64,000 bases of DNA. It comes from a virus. A program made the position numbers and the translations under genes. The notes beneath the pieces were generated by a model. That model made no database searches. It was not told the origin of the DNA and worked only from the letters and a program-made list of their open reading frames with translations. The stretch is from the IMG/VR virus record IMGVR_UViG_3300002134_000110. One strand, 5' to 3'. Shown piece by piece: positions 36,620 to 45,820 of the stretch. How positions within the stretch are numbered: position 1 is the stretch's first letter; every line of letters begins with the position of its first letter.

Positions 36620-39031
36620 TTATCTAGGCATAAACTGCTCTAGATTAAATCCTCCAAGGCCGTCGTTTCCTTGTGATTCAAAATCTTTAGGTAATAAATC
36701 ATTTTTTCTTTGATCTATTAATTCAGACTGTTGTGTTGCTTGTATTTTTGTTCTTTTATCTTTGCGATCTTCAACTTCTTTTATTTTACCAGCTTCAGCA
36801 TTTGCTCTTATTTGAGCTAATTGCATTTGATAATTAAATTCTTCAGCCATAAGCTCTCTTTTAATTTGAGCTTCTGTTTGCATTCTTTGTATTTCAAATT
36901 GAGATTTAGCTTGTTCAACATTAACTTTTTCTTGTGTAAGAGCTTGTTGTTTTTGAACTTCAGCAAACGCGGCTTTTTCAGCGGTTTCAGCATTTGCTTG
37001 CGCTTGAGCTTGTATATTAGCAAGTTGCGCAGCTTCCATTGCAGCTTGCTTCTTTTTTCTTTTTAATTTAAGTAATTGATTTGCAAGCTTTAAGTTTTTA
37101 ATTTGTCTTATATCTATTGCGTCTTCTAAATCAATACCGCCAGATTGTAATGCTATTTGAATATTTTGTTCCACCTGTGCTTTTTCTTCGTCATCAGGTT
37201 CTAATTCTAAATAAATTCCAAAGTCATGCAAGTTTAGATTCTTTATTTCTTTTAAAGTTTCAACATTAAAAGTAGATATACTATTAGCTAACGAGTTTGA
37301 AGTTAATTCAAAATCTAAGCAATCAGCAATTCTAAGAGATATGTTTTCACAAGCTCTAAGAGTTAAATACAGACTTGACTGTAATATATGCCTTGTGGCA
37401 ACGTTGGATTGATTAGCAGCCATCTTTTGTAGCCCTAGTAAAGCATCTTTATCTGGATTACTTCCATCTCTTGCTTCATTTAATCCAGTCACATCTCTTA
37501 TCATTTGTAGATAATAGTTGTATGTATTAATTAGTGAAGCAATTTTGCCTTGACCAGATGATGAAGATAATTCTTGAACAGGTACTTTACCTCTATTCAT
37601 ATCCCCGTCTTGAGTAAGCGATCTACCTACTACACTACCCGTTTGAAAGTACATATTTAACGCTTCTGCTGGATTATAGTTTGTTCCGTTACCAAGATCA
37701 ACTTCAGCTAAACCATCCATATCTAAGAATACACCGTCTGGTACTATTCTTGACATTACTTGTTGTAGCTTTAAATGCGTTAATTGAATCATATCAGCAA
37801 AGCCTGTAACTTTACTAACTATAGATTCAATTCTACCTTTATACATTCTAGGAGCCGTAATAGCGTAACTCATTTCTACTTTAGTAGTATCAGCATATGG
37901 CCTAGTCATGTTCTCTGCTAACTTCCATTCTAGCATAGTATTATTTCCTAATACTTTTGCTCCAGAATACAATACTTCTATTGTTCTAGATACTTTTTGG
38001 AAGTTGTCATTTTCAGGCGGATTAAAACTATCATCTTTTTGTATAGTTTTTTCTAATCCAAATTCTGTTTGTTTTATTTTAAATACTTGATTTGAATATG
38101 TTTTATATTCAAAGTATAAAACTTGAACTGTATTTTCATCATAATTGCCCCATCCAGTTATATACTGGTTGTTACCAGGCATGTTTTGAATATTTTTTAA
38201 TTCTTCTTCTGTTATGTTAGGGAATTGTTTTTTAAGTTCTGGTATAGTAATTGCTTTTACTTCACCAACATAATATATATCTTCAAAGTTTGGATCCTCT
38301 GTATATGAATAAACCATATAAGCAGGATCAACATAATCCACAACAATGCCGTTAGCTTTATTAAAAGAAGTTTTAACAGCGGCAATACCTAATACTGTGA
38401 GATCATAATTTAATCTTCTTCTTACTAAATCATATTTATTTGCAGCTAATACATTATTAATAGCTTCTTCTTCTGCAATTTCAACAGATTGCTTGTAGCT
38501 AAGCTGCATATGTAATTCAAGCTCTTCTCTTGTTTCCGGTAATTCATTAGCCGATAAAGATGAATTAGCAAAGTTACCACCAGTTATTTGATTAGCCTTT
38601 TGTATTAAATCTTGAGTATACATATCACGCATTATTGCTAATGCATAATTTGTTCTTTTCTTTAAAGACTCTGGATCTTGTGAAAAAGCTTTTATATCAT
38701 ATGTCTTTTGTGACATACCATTAACTACAATATCTACAAACTTAGATATAACAGGCACTGGTTTCCAATCTAAATTAAGATAAGACAAGTCGCCATTAAT
38801 AGCAAGCTCATCTTTGTATTTTTGTATTGACTGTTCACCTCTAGCGTATAATCTTAATTGATGAAAGCTATTATAATTAGTTTGATACCTATTAGCGTTA
38901 GTCCTTCCTTGGTCAAACCATTCCTGTTCAATGGCTCTGGCCACTTGAATACCATACTCTAATGATGCTTTTTCTGCATCGCTAACCACTTGGCTTGGAA
39001 AGGAACTATTGGTATTTGTGTATATGTTCAT
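36620..39031 (-). CDS. portal protein (candidate) with a long coiled-coil Gln/Ala-rich C-terminal extension
   Basis: 803-aa ORF abutting the large terminase stop; function assigned by position and size. Confidence 0.6.
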   Translation of the reverse strand: MNIYTNTNSSFPSQVVSDAEKASLEYGIQVARAIEQEWFDQGRTNANRYQTNYNSFHQLRLYARGEQSIQKYKDELAINGDLSYLNLDWKPVPVISKFVDIVVNGMSQKTYDIKAFSQDPESLKKRTNYALAIMRDMYTQDLIQKANQITGGNFANSSLSANELPETREELELHMQLSYKQSVEIAEEEAINNVLAANKYDLVRRRLNYDLTVLGIAAVKTSFNKANGIVVDYVDPAYMVYSYTEDPNFEDIYYVGEVKAITIPELKKQFPNITEEELKNIQNMPGNNQYITGWGNYDENTVQVLYFEYKTYSNQVFKIKQTEFGLEKTIQKDDSFNPPENDNFQKVSRTIEVLYSGAKVLGNNTMLEWKLAENMTRPYADTTKVEMSYAITAPRMYKGRIESIVSKVTGFADMIQLTHLKLQQVMSRIVPDGVFLDMDGLAEVDLGNGTNYNPAEALNMYFQTGSVVGRSLTQDGDMNRGKVPVQELSSSSGQGKIASLINTYNYYLQMIRDVTGLNEARDGSNPDKDALLGLQKMAANQSNVATRHILQSSLYLTLRACENISLRIADCLDFELTSNSLANSISTFNVETLKEIKNLNLHDFGIYLELEPDDEEKAQVEQNIQIALQSGGIDLEDAIDIRQIKNLKLANQLLKLKRKKKQAAMEAAQLANIQAQAQANAETAEKAAFAEVQKQQALTQEKVNVEQAKSQFEIQRMQTEAQIKRELMAEEFNYQMQLAQIRANAEAGKIKEVEDRKDKRTKIQATQQSELIDQRKNDLLPKDFESQGNDGLGGFNLEQFMPR

Positions 39032-41257
39032 TTATATTATAATTTTTGAGGTACTACCATCATTATTGTATCTTTTTAAACCTAGATTAACAGGCTGTCT
39101 TTCTATTCTATTAACAGGAACGTATCTATGTTTATTGCAAGCCATTAAAGCTAAACCAGAACTAATAGATGCATCATGACTTGTTCTATTGTTTATGTTA
39201 AATCTAGCCCAATCTTCTAAGGTTCTTTGAAAATACATATCTCCATAACCAGTATCTGATAAACCTATAAATTGTTCAACATAAGTTTCTATAGCAGCAG
39301 CATGTGCTTGCTTAATATCTTCACTAGAATTTGGTATTCCCCCTATTTCTTTTTCAGTAACAGATAGTTTATTCCAAATTTTGTCAGGTCTATTCATTGA
39401 AAAACCTCTATAACCTCTTCTTTTAAAATGATATAAAAGCCTTGGCTTGTTATTTTCAGCTAGTATTGGCATACCATAAAATACACATGCCATTAAAACA
39501 TCTTCAAAAAATATTTCTGCTGTTTGCGGTCTAGCTATATATTCTAAAAAGAAATGATTAGGAGGCACATCTTCCATAGAAAACTTAGTTAAACCATGCA
39601 AAGAACCATTAGATCCTCTTTGGTCAACTGTACCTGATATATCATAACTATCACAACCAAATGCACCAAGGTGTTCATTACCCGGCCATTTAGTACCATT
39701 CTTTATTATCACTTGGTTTTGAAGATGTTTAGCTGGAACCCAAGTTATTTTAAACCTTCCATCTTTATGCGGATTAAATACTACTCTTGTATCAGGCATT
39801 CCATTCTCCCAAGCAAAACTACCAGTAGTTACAATTGCAGTATTTCTAAGGTCTTCATTGTAATCTATTTGCTGATATATTTTTGTAAGGTTAAATAGTG
39901 ATTGCTTAGCCTCGTCTCTAAATGCGTGTTGCTCAGTTCTTGGAAACTGACGATACATTTCATTTAAACCATCTTGGTCATTCTTTAAACCATCAACTTC
40001 ATTTTGCCAGTGTTCTATAACACCATAATCGACTAACGAGCCGTCGGCAGCTTTAACGGGTTTCTCTGGAGTGTCGAAGACAGGTATTCCATAAGTATCA
40101 ATGAATCCTTCGTAGTTCCATTCCATAGGTATGAACAAAGAATATAATCCTGAACCAGTCTGTCCGTTGCGGTTTCTTTTGGTAACGTCTGAGTCATAAT
40201 AAAGTTTTTTAAAGTTTTCACCTCCTTTATCTAAAGCGTTTGATGTTGATCCCATTAAACACTTACCAATGATCCTACTACCTAATCTTAAAGTTGTTTT
40301 TGTAACCCTCCAGTTATTTAATATATTATCAGGCCTCTCCCACTTTCCTGATTCGTCATGTACTAAAAGTTTGAGCTTTTCACCGTCGTAGGAGTTATCA
40401 CCGGTGTTCTTCCAGTCGATGGTCGTATCAAGTCCTTGTAATTCGTTTTTGGCAATGGATACCTTATCGACGGACTTTCTGGTAATTTTGGACGCGGGTA
40501 CACGGTAGGCGAGCTCGGTCTTCGGTCTGTCCATTCCGTCCTGAATTGGTTTGAAGAAGAAAGGATAGTTGATTGATATAGGTACCACCTTATCTGTAAA
40601 CATTTTCTTAGCATCTGCTCCTGATTTAGATAAGATCCCGAATCTCGCATCAGAAGATATTGTTGCCATATTAACTGCTGTTCCGCTGGCCATGAAGCTA
40701 AAACCGGACCTCCTATTCTTAAGGTAGCACATTCCGAAACATCTGTTATCTGCTTGGCAAGCTTCCCAGAATATAAAGAATAATCTGTTTGCTTCCCTAA
40801 AATCTGCTCTCCCAACATCAATCTTGGTCCACTGCAAGTACATGTAGTGATTACCAGTAATGTAAGTAGAAACACCTTTGTTGTAAAACGAAAAACCTTT
40901 TTCCCTATATTCAAACTCTTGATCGATATACTCATACCATTTGTTTTTAAAGTGATCAGGGTAAGTGTCCCACTCAAATATTGTTTTAATCTTTGACAAT
41001 TCTTTTGGAATGTTATGAGCTTCCCAATACTGATCTAGTTTGTTTTCTGATCTTGAATAAGCATTCTCTATAAAAGGTAATGCTATTTTTAATCCTTGTA
41101 TTTCGTATATTTCTCCAATTTTACCAGTCTTACTTATAACAACAACATCGTGTTCTTTGTTATAACCATACTCCCATTTGTTATACCTATTTTGTATTTT
41201 AATGGTTTTAGACTTAATATGATCAGGCAGTACTTTGTATAGTGTTTGTTCGTACAT
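39032..41257 (-). CDS. terL: terminase large subunit
   Basis: Walker-A-like KNRRSGFSFMASG, Walker B LLVHDESGKW, coupling motif GSTSN and a C-terminal nuclease-sized domain, with a ~130-aa N-terminal extension. Confidence 0.75.
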   Translation of the reverse strand: MYEQTLYKVLPDHIKSKTIKIQNRYNKWEYGYNKEHDVVVISKTGKIGEIYEIQGLKIALPFIENAYSRSENKLDQYWEAHNIPKELSKIKTIFEWDTYPDHFKNKWYEYIDQEFEYREKGFSFYNKGVSTYITGNHYMYLQWTKIDVGRADFREANRLFFIFWEACQADNRCFGMCYLKNRRSGFSFMASGTAVNMATISSDARFGILSKSGADAKKMFTDKVVPISINYPFFFKPIQDGMDRPKTELAYRVPASKITRKSVDKVSIAKNELQGLDTTIDWKNTGDNSYDGEKLKLLVHDESGKWERPDNILNNWRVTKTTLRLGSRIIGKCLMGSTSNALDKGGENFKKLYYDSDVTKRNRNGQTGSGLYSLFIPMEWNYEGFIDTYGIPVFDTPEKPVKAADGSLVDYGVIEHWQNEVDGLKNDQDGLNEMYRQFPRTEQHAFRDEAKQSLFNLTKIYQQIDYNEDLRNTAIVTTGSFAWENGMPDTRVVFNPHKDGRFKITWVPAKHLQNQVIIKNGTKWPGNEHLGAFGCDSYDISGTVDQRGSNGSLHGLTKFSMEDVPPNHFFLEYIARPQTAEIFFEDVLMACVFYGMPILAENNKPRLLYHFKRRGYRGFSMNRPDKIWNKLSVTEKEIGGIPNSSEDIKQAHAAAIETYVEQFIGLSDTGYGDMYFQRTLEDWARFNINNRTSHDASISSGLALMACNKHRYVPVNRIERQPVNLGLKRYNNDGSTSKIII

Positions 41258-41529
41258 TACTTAGATCTACCTTCAGCGAAACCTCTGAAATTTTTTTGTG
41301 GTGTATCAGCGGATTCATCATTTAACAATTGTTCTTCTTGTTCAATACGTGAAAGTATTTCAAAAGCATCGAATATTGCTAATTTCTTTGTAGCAGCCGC
41401 ATTTTTTAATCTATCAGCTGATATATCATCATCTGAATCAACAATTTTTTCTCTAGCTACTTTTATTAATTCCTCAACTGCTTTTTGCCCAGCTAGGATT
41501 ATTTTCCTCTTCGTTTCCTTGGTATTCAT
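41257..41529 (-). CDS. hypothetical protein (90 aa); small terminase candidate by position only
   Basis: Stop overlaps the terL ATG. The start overlaps the upstream gene by 56 nt, so the true start is uncertain. Confidence 0.35.
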   Translation of the reverse strand: MNTKETKRKIILAGQKAVEELIKVAREKIVDSDDDISADRLKNAAATKKLAIFDAFEILSRIEQEEQLLNDESADTPQKNFRGFAEGRSK

Positions 41530-42079
41530 ATTTAATTACAATATCATTAGATTTCATACAGTACAATTTCTTTTCGTCAACTACAAACTCAAACTCTCCA
41601 CCCGGTGTATAACCAATAAGGTCCCCAGGATTGATTTCTAGCGCTTGTAAGGAACTATTACCATATTTAAGTATACCAATAAGCTTTTGCTCTTTTTCAA
41701 GAGAGAAGCTGTCTTTATTTTTAATTGGAACAACAAAACATCTATCATTAAAAGTTTTCCATTTTTTTGGTTGTCCATATAAATATATTTGATCTGGTGC
41801 ACAAAAATATAAATCATCCATAAACATAGATCTACTATCTTTTTGTTCACCTCTCATGTCGTAAAATCTTCTAAAAACATTATGGTGTATTACAATTATA
41901 TCACCAACACTTATTCCTGTATCATACGCTAATGGCGTAGCTACAACTTCTGCAAAATTATTTACAGATTTAAATGTTTCTATTGATGAGTTTGTAATTA
42001 ATGTTTTATCCCCTACTTTTTTCTCATTATCATAGCGCTTCCCAACTGGCTTCACAATGAAGTCGTAAATACTTCTCAT
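41474..42079 (-). CDS. hypothetical protein (201 aa) with two Cpn10/GroES-like halves (weak)
   Basis: FIVKPVGKRY...AEVVATP...ISVGDIIVIHHNVF and CFVVPIKNK...INPGDLIGYTPGGEFEFVVDEKKLYCMKSNDIV each resemble the Cpn10 pattern. Confidence 0.4.
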   Translation of the reverse strand: MRSIYDFIVKPVGKRYDNEKKVGDKTLITNSSIETFKSVNNFAEVVATPLAYDTGISVGDIIVIHHNVFRRFYDMRGEQKDSRSMFMDDLYFCAPDQIYLYGQPKKWKTFNDRCFVVPIKNKDSFSLEKEQKLIGILKYGNSSLQALEINPGDLIGYTPGGEFEFVVDEKKLYCMKSNDIVIKYEYQGNEEENNPSWAKSS

Positions 42080-42306
42080 TAGTACTCGAGATCATACTCA
42101 ACAGATATTGCCATGTTAGAATTAAACTTCTTCCATGGCATTACCTCATCATTTTTCTTTATATGAATGTTATAAGAGTTATCATTTTCTTCAAATATTA
42201 TGTAAGCTATTTCGTGGCCGCCATAAACGGACTGCCCTATAGCGTAATGCATAGCCTCATTTTTATAATCAGAACCTATACTTATTTTTCTTATAACAGA
42301 AGACAT
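42079..42306 (-). CDS. hypothetical protein (75 aa)
   Basis: ATG ORF whose stop overlaps the next ATG. Confidence 0.5.
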   Translation of the reverse strand: MSSVIRKISIGSDYKNEAMHYAIGQSVYGGHEIAYIIFEENDNSYNIHIKKNDEVMPWKKFNSNMAISVEYDLEY

Positions 42307-42307
42307 T

Positions 42308-42550
42308 TTATTCTTCTTTTTTAATTTCAGTATAATTACCAGTTTCTATATCAATAGTAATGGCACCATACTCTTTTTCTAATTCCGCTTTAAATTCTTC
42401 GATGTCTTGATTAAGACCAGCTTGCTTGTGTAATAAAGCATGCTTCTGAACTTCAACAAAACCAATATCTTTTAAAAGATTGGTTAATTCTTTTTGTTGT
42501 TCTTGAATTTTAACTAATTGTTCTTCTGTGATTGTTTTTACTTTTTTCAT
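42308..42550 (-). CDS. hypothetical coiled-coil protein (80 aa)
   Basis: ATG ORF in the late arm. Confidence 0.5.
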   Translation of the reverse strand: MKKVKTITEEQLVKIQEQQKELTNLLKDIGFVEVQKHALLHKQAGLNQDIEEFKAELEKEYGAITIDIETGNYTEIKKEE

Positions 42551-42575
42551 TTGATTTGATTTGATTTAATTGTTT

Positions 42576-43031
42576 TTATTTATTATCTTTTATGGCTGAG
42601 CCAAAATAATATCCAAATATGCTTAATGCAACTCCTTCAACTATTCCTAGCAAATGTATAAAAATTTCTTTATTAGAAGCAGGAACTTCTGTAGTAACTA
42701 CAGTATAAACTAAAAAAGCAAAAGCTGTTAATCCAACTATGCCAGTAAGATTAAACATCCAGTCTGTTCCGTACTTTCTTAAGTTTACCTCTCTTTTCCT
42801 AGCCGAATCCCTGTCTTCTACTTCTAACCTATAAAGTTCCACCAATCTATTGTGAGCTTCAGACTTTTGATCTTCGTTTAAATCAGGATCTTTATCTATT
42901 AAGTTTTTAACTACACCTAAAAGACCTTTATCAGGAAGCGCATCTCCTACTACATCTATAATAGTAGAGCCAGCACCTAATAGAAATTTACCAAGTCCTG
43001 TTTCTTTAAAAGGTTTTTTGTTTTTAGACAT
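42576..43031 (-). CDS. membrane protein with two C-terminal TM helices (holin/spanin-like candidate)
   Basis: FNLTGIVGLTAFAFLVYTVV and IFIHLLGIVEGVALSIFGYYFGSA follow a charged N-terminal part. Confidence 0.45.
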   Translation of the reverse strand: MSKNKKPFKETGLGKFLLGAGSTIIDVVGDALPDKGLLGVVKNLIDKDPDLNEDQKSEAHNRLVELYRLEVEDRDSARKREVNLRKYGTDWMFNLTGIVGLTAFAFLVYTVVTTEVPASNKEIFIHLLGIVEGVALSIFGYYFGSAIKDNK

Positions 43032-43369
43032 TATCTATAACTAAACTTAGCTTTAATATTAGGATTTTGTTTTTTTATTTGATTAGCGTAGTTTTCAAAT
43101 TGCTGTGGCGTAATTCCCCCAGCGGCATTGTACGTTGGAATAGCACCACCTTCTTCTAGTCTATTGCTACTTCTTTTTACATATTTAGAAAACTTACCAA
43201 GATTAGCCCCCGTGGGAGTAGGTATTTTTTCACCATACTTTTCATTAATAGCTCCAACTAAATCTTTAGTTTGAGATTCAGTTAATTTACCTTTGCTTTT
43301 TTTAGTATCATCACCAGGTCCTTCGTTTATTTTACTTAAAGGACTTGAATATTTCATTTTAAACGGCAT
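43031..43369 (-). CDS. small basic protein, MPFKMK family (112 aa)
   Basis: Starts MPFKMKYSSPLSK; paralogous N-terminus to 44055..44666. Confidence 0.55.
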   Translation of the reverse strand: MPFKMKYSSPLSKINEGPGDDTKKSKGKLTESQTKDLVGAINEKYGEKIPTPTGANLGKFSKYVKRSSNRLEEGGAIPTYNAAGGITPQQFENYANQIKKQNPNIKAKFSYR

Positions 43370-43371
43370 AG

Positions 43372-43692
43372 TTATTTTGTTTTAGATTTACTATAAGCTT
43401 CTTTTTCCCAAGGAAGATTTTTTGCGCCTTCCTTCATTTGCGCTCTTAAATATTTTTTACCTTTCCAAAAAACTGCATTGTCGTTATAATCTAAGTCACC
43501 TCTTTCTATTTGATCAAGGTGGACTTTCTCATGTTTTATAACGTCGTTTATTTGTTTTTCGTCGGTTATGTTTTTATTTACTAATATACTACCATTTTTA
43601 TTAGCTTTACCTAATATGCCATTACCTAAGTCTACGTTGTATATAGGTGTGTTATCGATATAGTATGGTGGATTACTTAGTTTAAACGCCAT
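43372..43692 (-). CDS. small HExxH-motif protein (106 aa), MAFKL start
   Basis: HEKVH at aa 54-58 (nt 43519-43533) with a downstream PWEKEAY. Confidence 0.5.
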   Translation of the reverse strand: MAFKLSNPPYYIDNTPIYNVDLGNGILGKANKNGSILVNKNITDEKQINDVIKHEKVHLDQIERGDLDYNDNAVFWKGKKYLRAQMKEGAKNLPWEKEAYSKSKTK

Positions 43693-43840
43693 TATAAGGA
43701 AACATGTTGTTTAAAGCTTCTTTTCTTTTTTGGCAACCACAAGGAATATTAAGACCCTCTGACACTTTATCAACAACGGATTTAATACCAGTTGCTGTAG
43801 TTATCTTTTCTATAGTGTCACCCAAACCTTTTGATTCCAT
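43682..43840 (-). CDS. small Cys-pair protein (52 aa)
   Basis: Hand-translated MESKGLGDTIEKITTATGIKSVVDKVSEGLNIPCGCQKRKEALNNMFPYNGV with a TAATG junction upstream. Confidence 0.4.
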   Translation of the reverse strand: MESKGLGDTIEKITTATGIKSVVDKVSEGLNIPCGCQKRKEALNNMFPYNGV

Positions 43841-44049
43841 TATTTAGAGCAGTGTTTACTCATCCAAGATCCACCCATTTTCATAGGAGAACCACTCATT
43901 TTTGCTGGAGATCCATACATAGACATTGGGCTATCGTCTTTTATTCCTTTTTCTGCATTTTTAGCATAGTTTTTTATAGCAGATGCTTTTAAAGACGGAT
44001 TACTTGCTTCTTTAACGTCGTAAGCTGTTTTTTCACTAATGTTTGGCAT
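43840..44049 (-). CDS. small protein with SPxKM repeats (69 aa)
   Basis: DSPMSMYGSPAKMSGSPMKMGGS. Confidence 0.5.
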   Translation of the reverse strand: MPNISEKTAYDVKEASNPSLKASAIKNYAKNAEKGIKDDSPMSMYGSPAKMSGSPMKMGGSWMSKHCSK

Positions 44050-44054
44050 AATAT

Positions 44055-44666
44055 TTATTTTTTATTTTTTTTAGCAATTCTTTCTTCTATTCTATCAGCT
44101 CTTTTATTTAACCTGTCATGTTTAGCTCTTGCTGCTTTACCTTCCATTGGACCTTTAGAACCAGCGTTATAATCAGATTTCACTTTAGCAGCTTTGTTTT
44201 TAGTCTTAGCTAATCTCATTTCTTTTCTGCTCTTTGGAGCATCAGAAACTTTATTAGCCATTTTATCTACTTTCATTTCTTTTCTACTCTTTGGAGTTTC
44301 AGTTGATTTAGTAGTATTAGGATCTTTAACACCTAATTTACTAGCTGCTTTTTGAAACGCATTACCAGAAGATTCTGATCCTGTAATATCTCCAACTGCG
44401 TTTAACGGAGTGCCAGTAATGGCATCAATAGCACCAATAGAGGTAGCTCTAATTTTTGTAGCTTTAAGTCTTTGGATAGGTTTTAAGTGTTTAGACATAG
44501 TTGCTGCTACTTCTCCTCTGGTTTCGCTAGGCGTAAGCATATTTTGTGGCATGGGACCTTGCATTGGACCAGTTGTTTTTGTTTTAGCTGAACTTGGCAC
44601 CCTTATAATTCCTTTTTTTTTATCTCCAAGCGCGTTTAATGGAGAACCTTTCATTTTAAATGGCAT
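44055..44666 (-). CDS. basic protein, MPFKMK family (203 aa)
   Basis: Starts MPFKMKGSPLNALGD. Internal repeats GTPLNAVGD and twice PKSRKEM. Very Lys-rich. Confidence 0.6.
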   Translation of the reverse strand: MPFKMKGSPLNALGDKKKGIIRVPSSAKTKTTGPMQGPMPQNMLTPSETRGEVAATMSKHLKPIQRLKATKIRATSIGAIDAITGTPLNAVGDITGSESSGNAFQKAASKLGVKDPNTTKSTETPKSRKEMKVDKMANKVSDAPKSRKEMRLAKTKNKAAKVKSDYNAGSKGPMEGKAARAKHDRLNKRADRIEERIAKKNKK

Positions 44667-44690
44667 AGTTTTATTTTTTATATATTAATA

Positions 44691-44978
44691 TTAGCATTTC
44701 CATCTACGCCTAGCGGCACAAATTCTTTTATCTGGTGTTTTTGAACAATCTATATTGTGCATATTCATTTGACCTTTTGATCTAGCGCAATAACTTTTTT
44801 TACGAGCACCACCTCCTGGCTGTGGGGCTTTTAAATCACCGCCGGTTTCTTTATTATAAGCTTTTCTTCCGGCAGCAGTCATACCAGCTCCTTCTTTAGC
44901 CGTTAAAAAATGGCGGCCTTTGCCTGTAGTTGTCTTTCTAAGTTTATTAAACGGAGAGTCTGACTGTTCGTAGCCCAT
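44691..44978 (-). CDS. small basic Cys-containing protein (95 aa)
   Basis: SPFNKL near the N-terminus; C-terminal KKSYCARSKGQMNMHNIDCSKTPDKRICAARRRWKC. Confidence 0.5.
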   Translation of the reverse strand: MGYEQSDSPFNKLRKTTTGKGRHFLTAKEGAGMTAAGRKAYNKETGGDLKAPQPGGGARKKSYCARSKGQMNMHNIDCSKTPDKRICAARRRWKC

Positions 44979-44979
44979 A

Positions 44980-45435
44980 TTATATTACTTTATAAATTGT
45001 TTTACCTTTTATTTTTTCAGCTTTTAGTACAATTTGTCTATTTTCATCCGCAGACATGTAGCTCACATGTATCCAATTAGGGTTTTTGTTATTGCCAAAT
45101 TCCCAAATAAGTTGATCAAAATCTAAATTATTTTTAATGTAATTAAACATTTCGGCATTTGTTTTATGACCAAAGGTATCGTCTATATCTATAGCCCTGC
45201 CATTACAGTGTTGCGAGTTTTTACTCCCACCTATTGCTGAATTTAATTTTACGCTTCTAAAAAAAGAATTTATTTTTATAGGACCACCAACCCATTCTCT
45301 TAAGGGCTCAAAAATTACTTCTGCTAATATTTGCATATTAACTAGTTCTTTTTTTGTTGGTTCATTATCTATGCCTAGCCTTAAGGCTGTGCTTGAGTAA
45401 ATAGCCTCTTTTTCAGAGACGTGTTTACTTATCAT
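44980..45435 (-). CDS. peptidase M15 family cell-wall hydrolase (endolysin candidate)
   Basis: SQHCNGRAIDID and NWIHVSY fit the H-x(6)-D ... H zinc triad of M15 peptidases. The track start at 45462 is GTG; the ATG at 45435 forms an ATGA overlap with the upstream small ORF. Confidence 0.75.
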   Translation of the reverse strand: MISKHVSEKEAIYSSTALRLGIDNEPTKKELVNMQILAEVIFEPLREWVGGPIKINSFFRSVKLNSAIGGSKNSQHCNGRAIDIDDTFGHKTNAEMFNYIKNNLDFDQLIWEFGNNKNPNWIHVSYMSADENRQIVLKAEKIKGKTIYKVI

Positions 45436-45596
45436 TTTTTTTTGCCATTTTTTCTTAGCCACGATTCATGCCATTTTGACACAGTGTAACCTATAGTGAC
45501 TACCAATAATAATACTTTTAATACGGGTTCTATATTAGTCATACTCACAATAAAAGACAAAGCGTTTATTACATAAAGCTTTAAATCTGCAGTCAT
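45432..45596 (-). CDS. holin-like small membrane protein (54 aa)
   Basis: Hand-translated MTADLKLYVINALSFIVSMTNIEPVLKVLLLVVTIGYTVSKWHESWLRKNGKKK. Hydrophobic core with a basic C-terminus, immediately upstream of the M15 gene. Confidence 0.45.
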   Translation of the reverse strand: MTADLKLYVINALSFIVSMTNIEPVLKVLLLVVTIGYTVSKWHESWLRKNGKKK

Positions 45597-45598
45597 AG

Positions 45599-45820
45599 TT
45601 ATCCTTGTGCTTTAGAAGTAATAGGTCCTGCTTTATAAGCAACATTGTCCTGTTTTACTTTCATTCCATTTTTACCACTGCTTGATCCGCTTCCCATAGG
45701 GAAATTGTCAGTGTTTAAAGGTCCATCCCATAAAGCGTTAGCCCCAGTAATGCCCTGCTCTTCTATTTTACTAACGGCTGGCGATGTTTTTTTCATAATT
45801 TCGTTTATTAATTTTAACAT
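45599..45820 (-). CDS. hypothetical protein (73 aa)
   Basis: ATG ORF in the late arm. Confidence 0.4.
   Translation of the reverse strand: MLKLINEIMKKTSPAVSKIEEQGITGANALWDGPLNTDNFPMGSGSSSGKNGMKVKQDNVAYKAGPITSKAQG

Noticed and set aside
40363-40977. 204-aa minus-strand ORF in an alternative frame of the terminase gene
   Set aside because: It lies wholly inside the 741-aa ORF that carries the Walker A, Walker B and coupling motifs, and its product is low-complexity.
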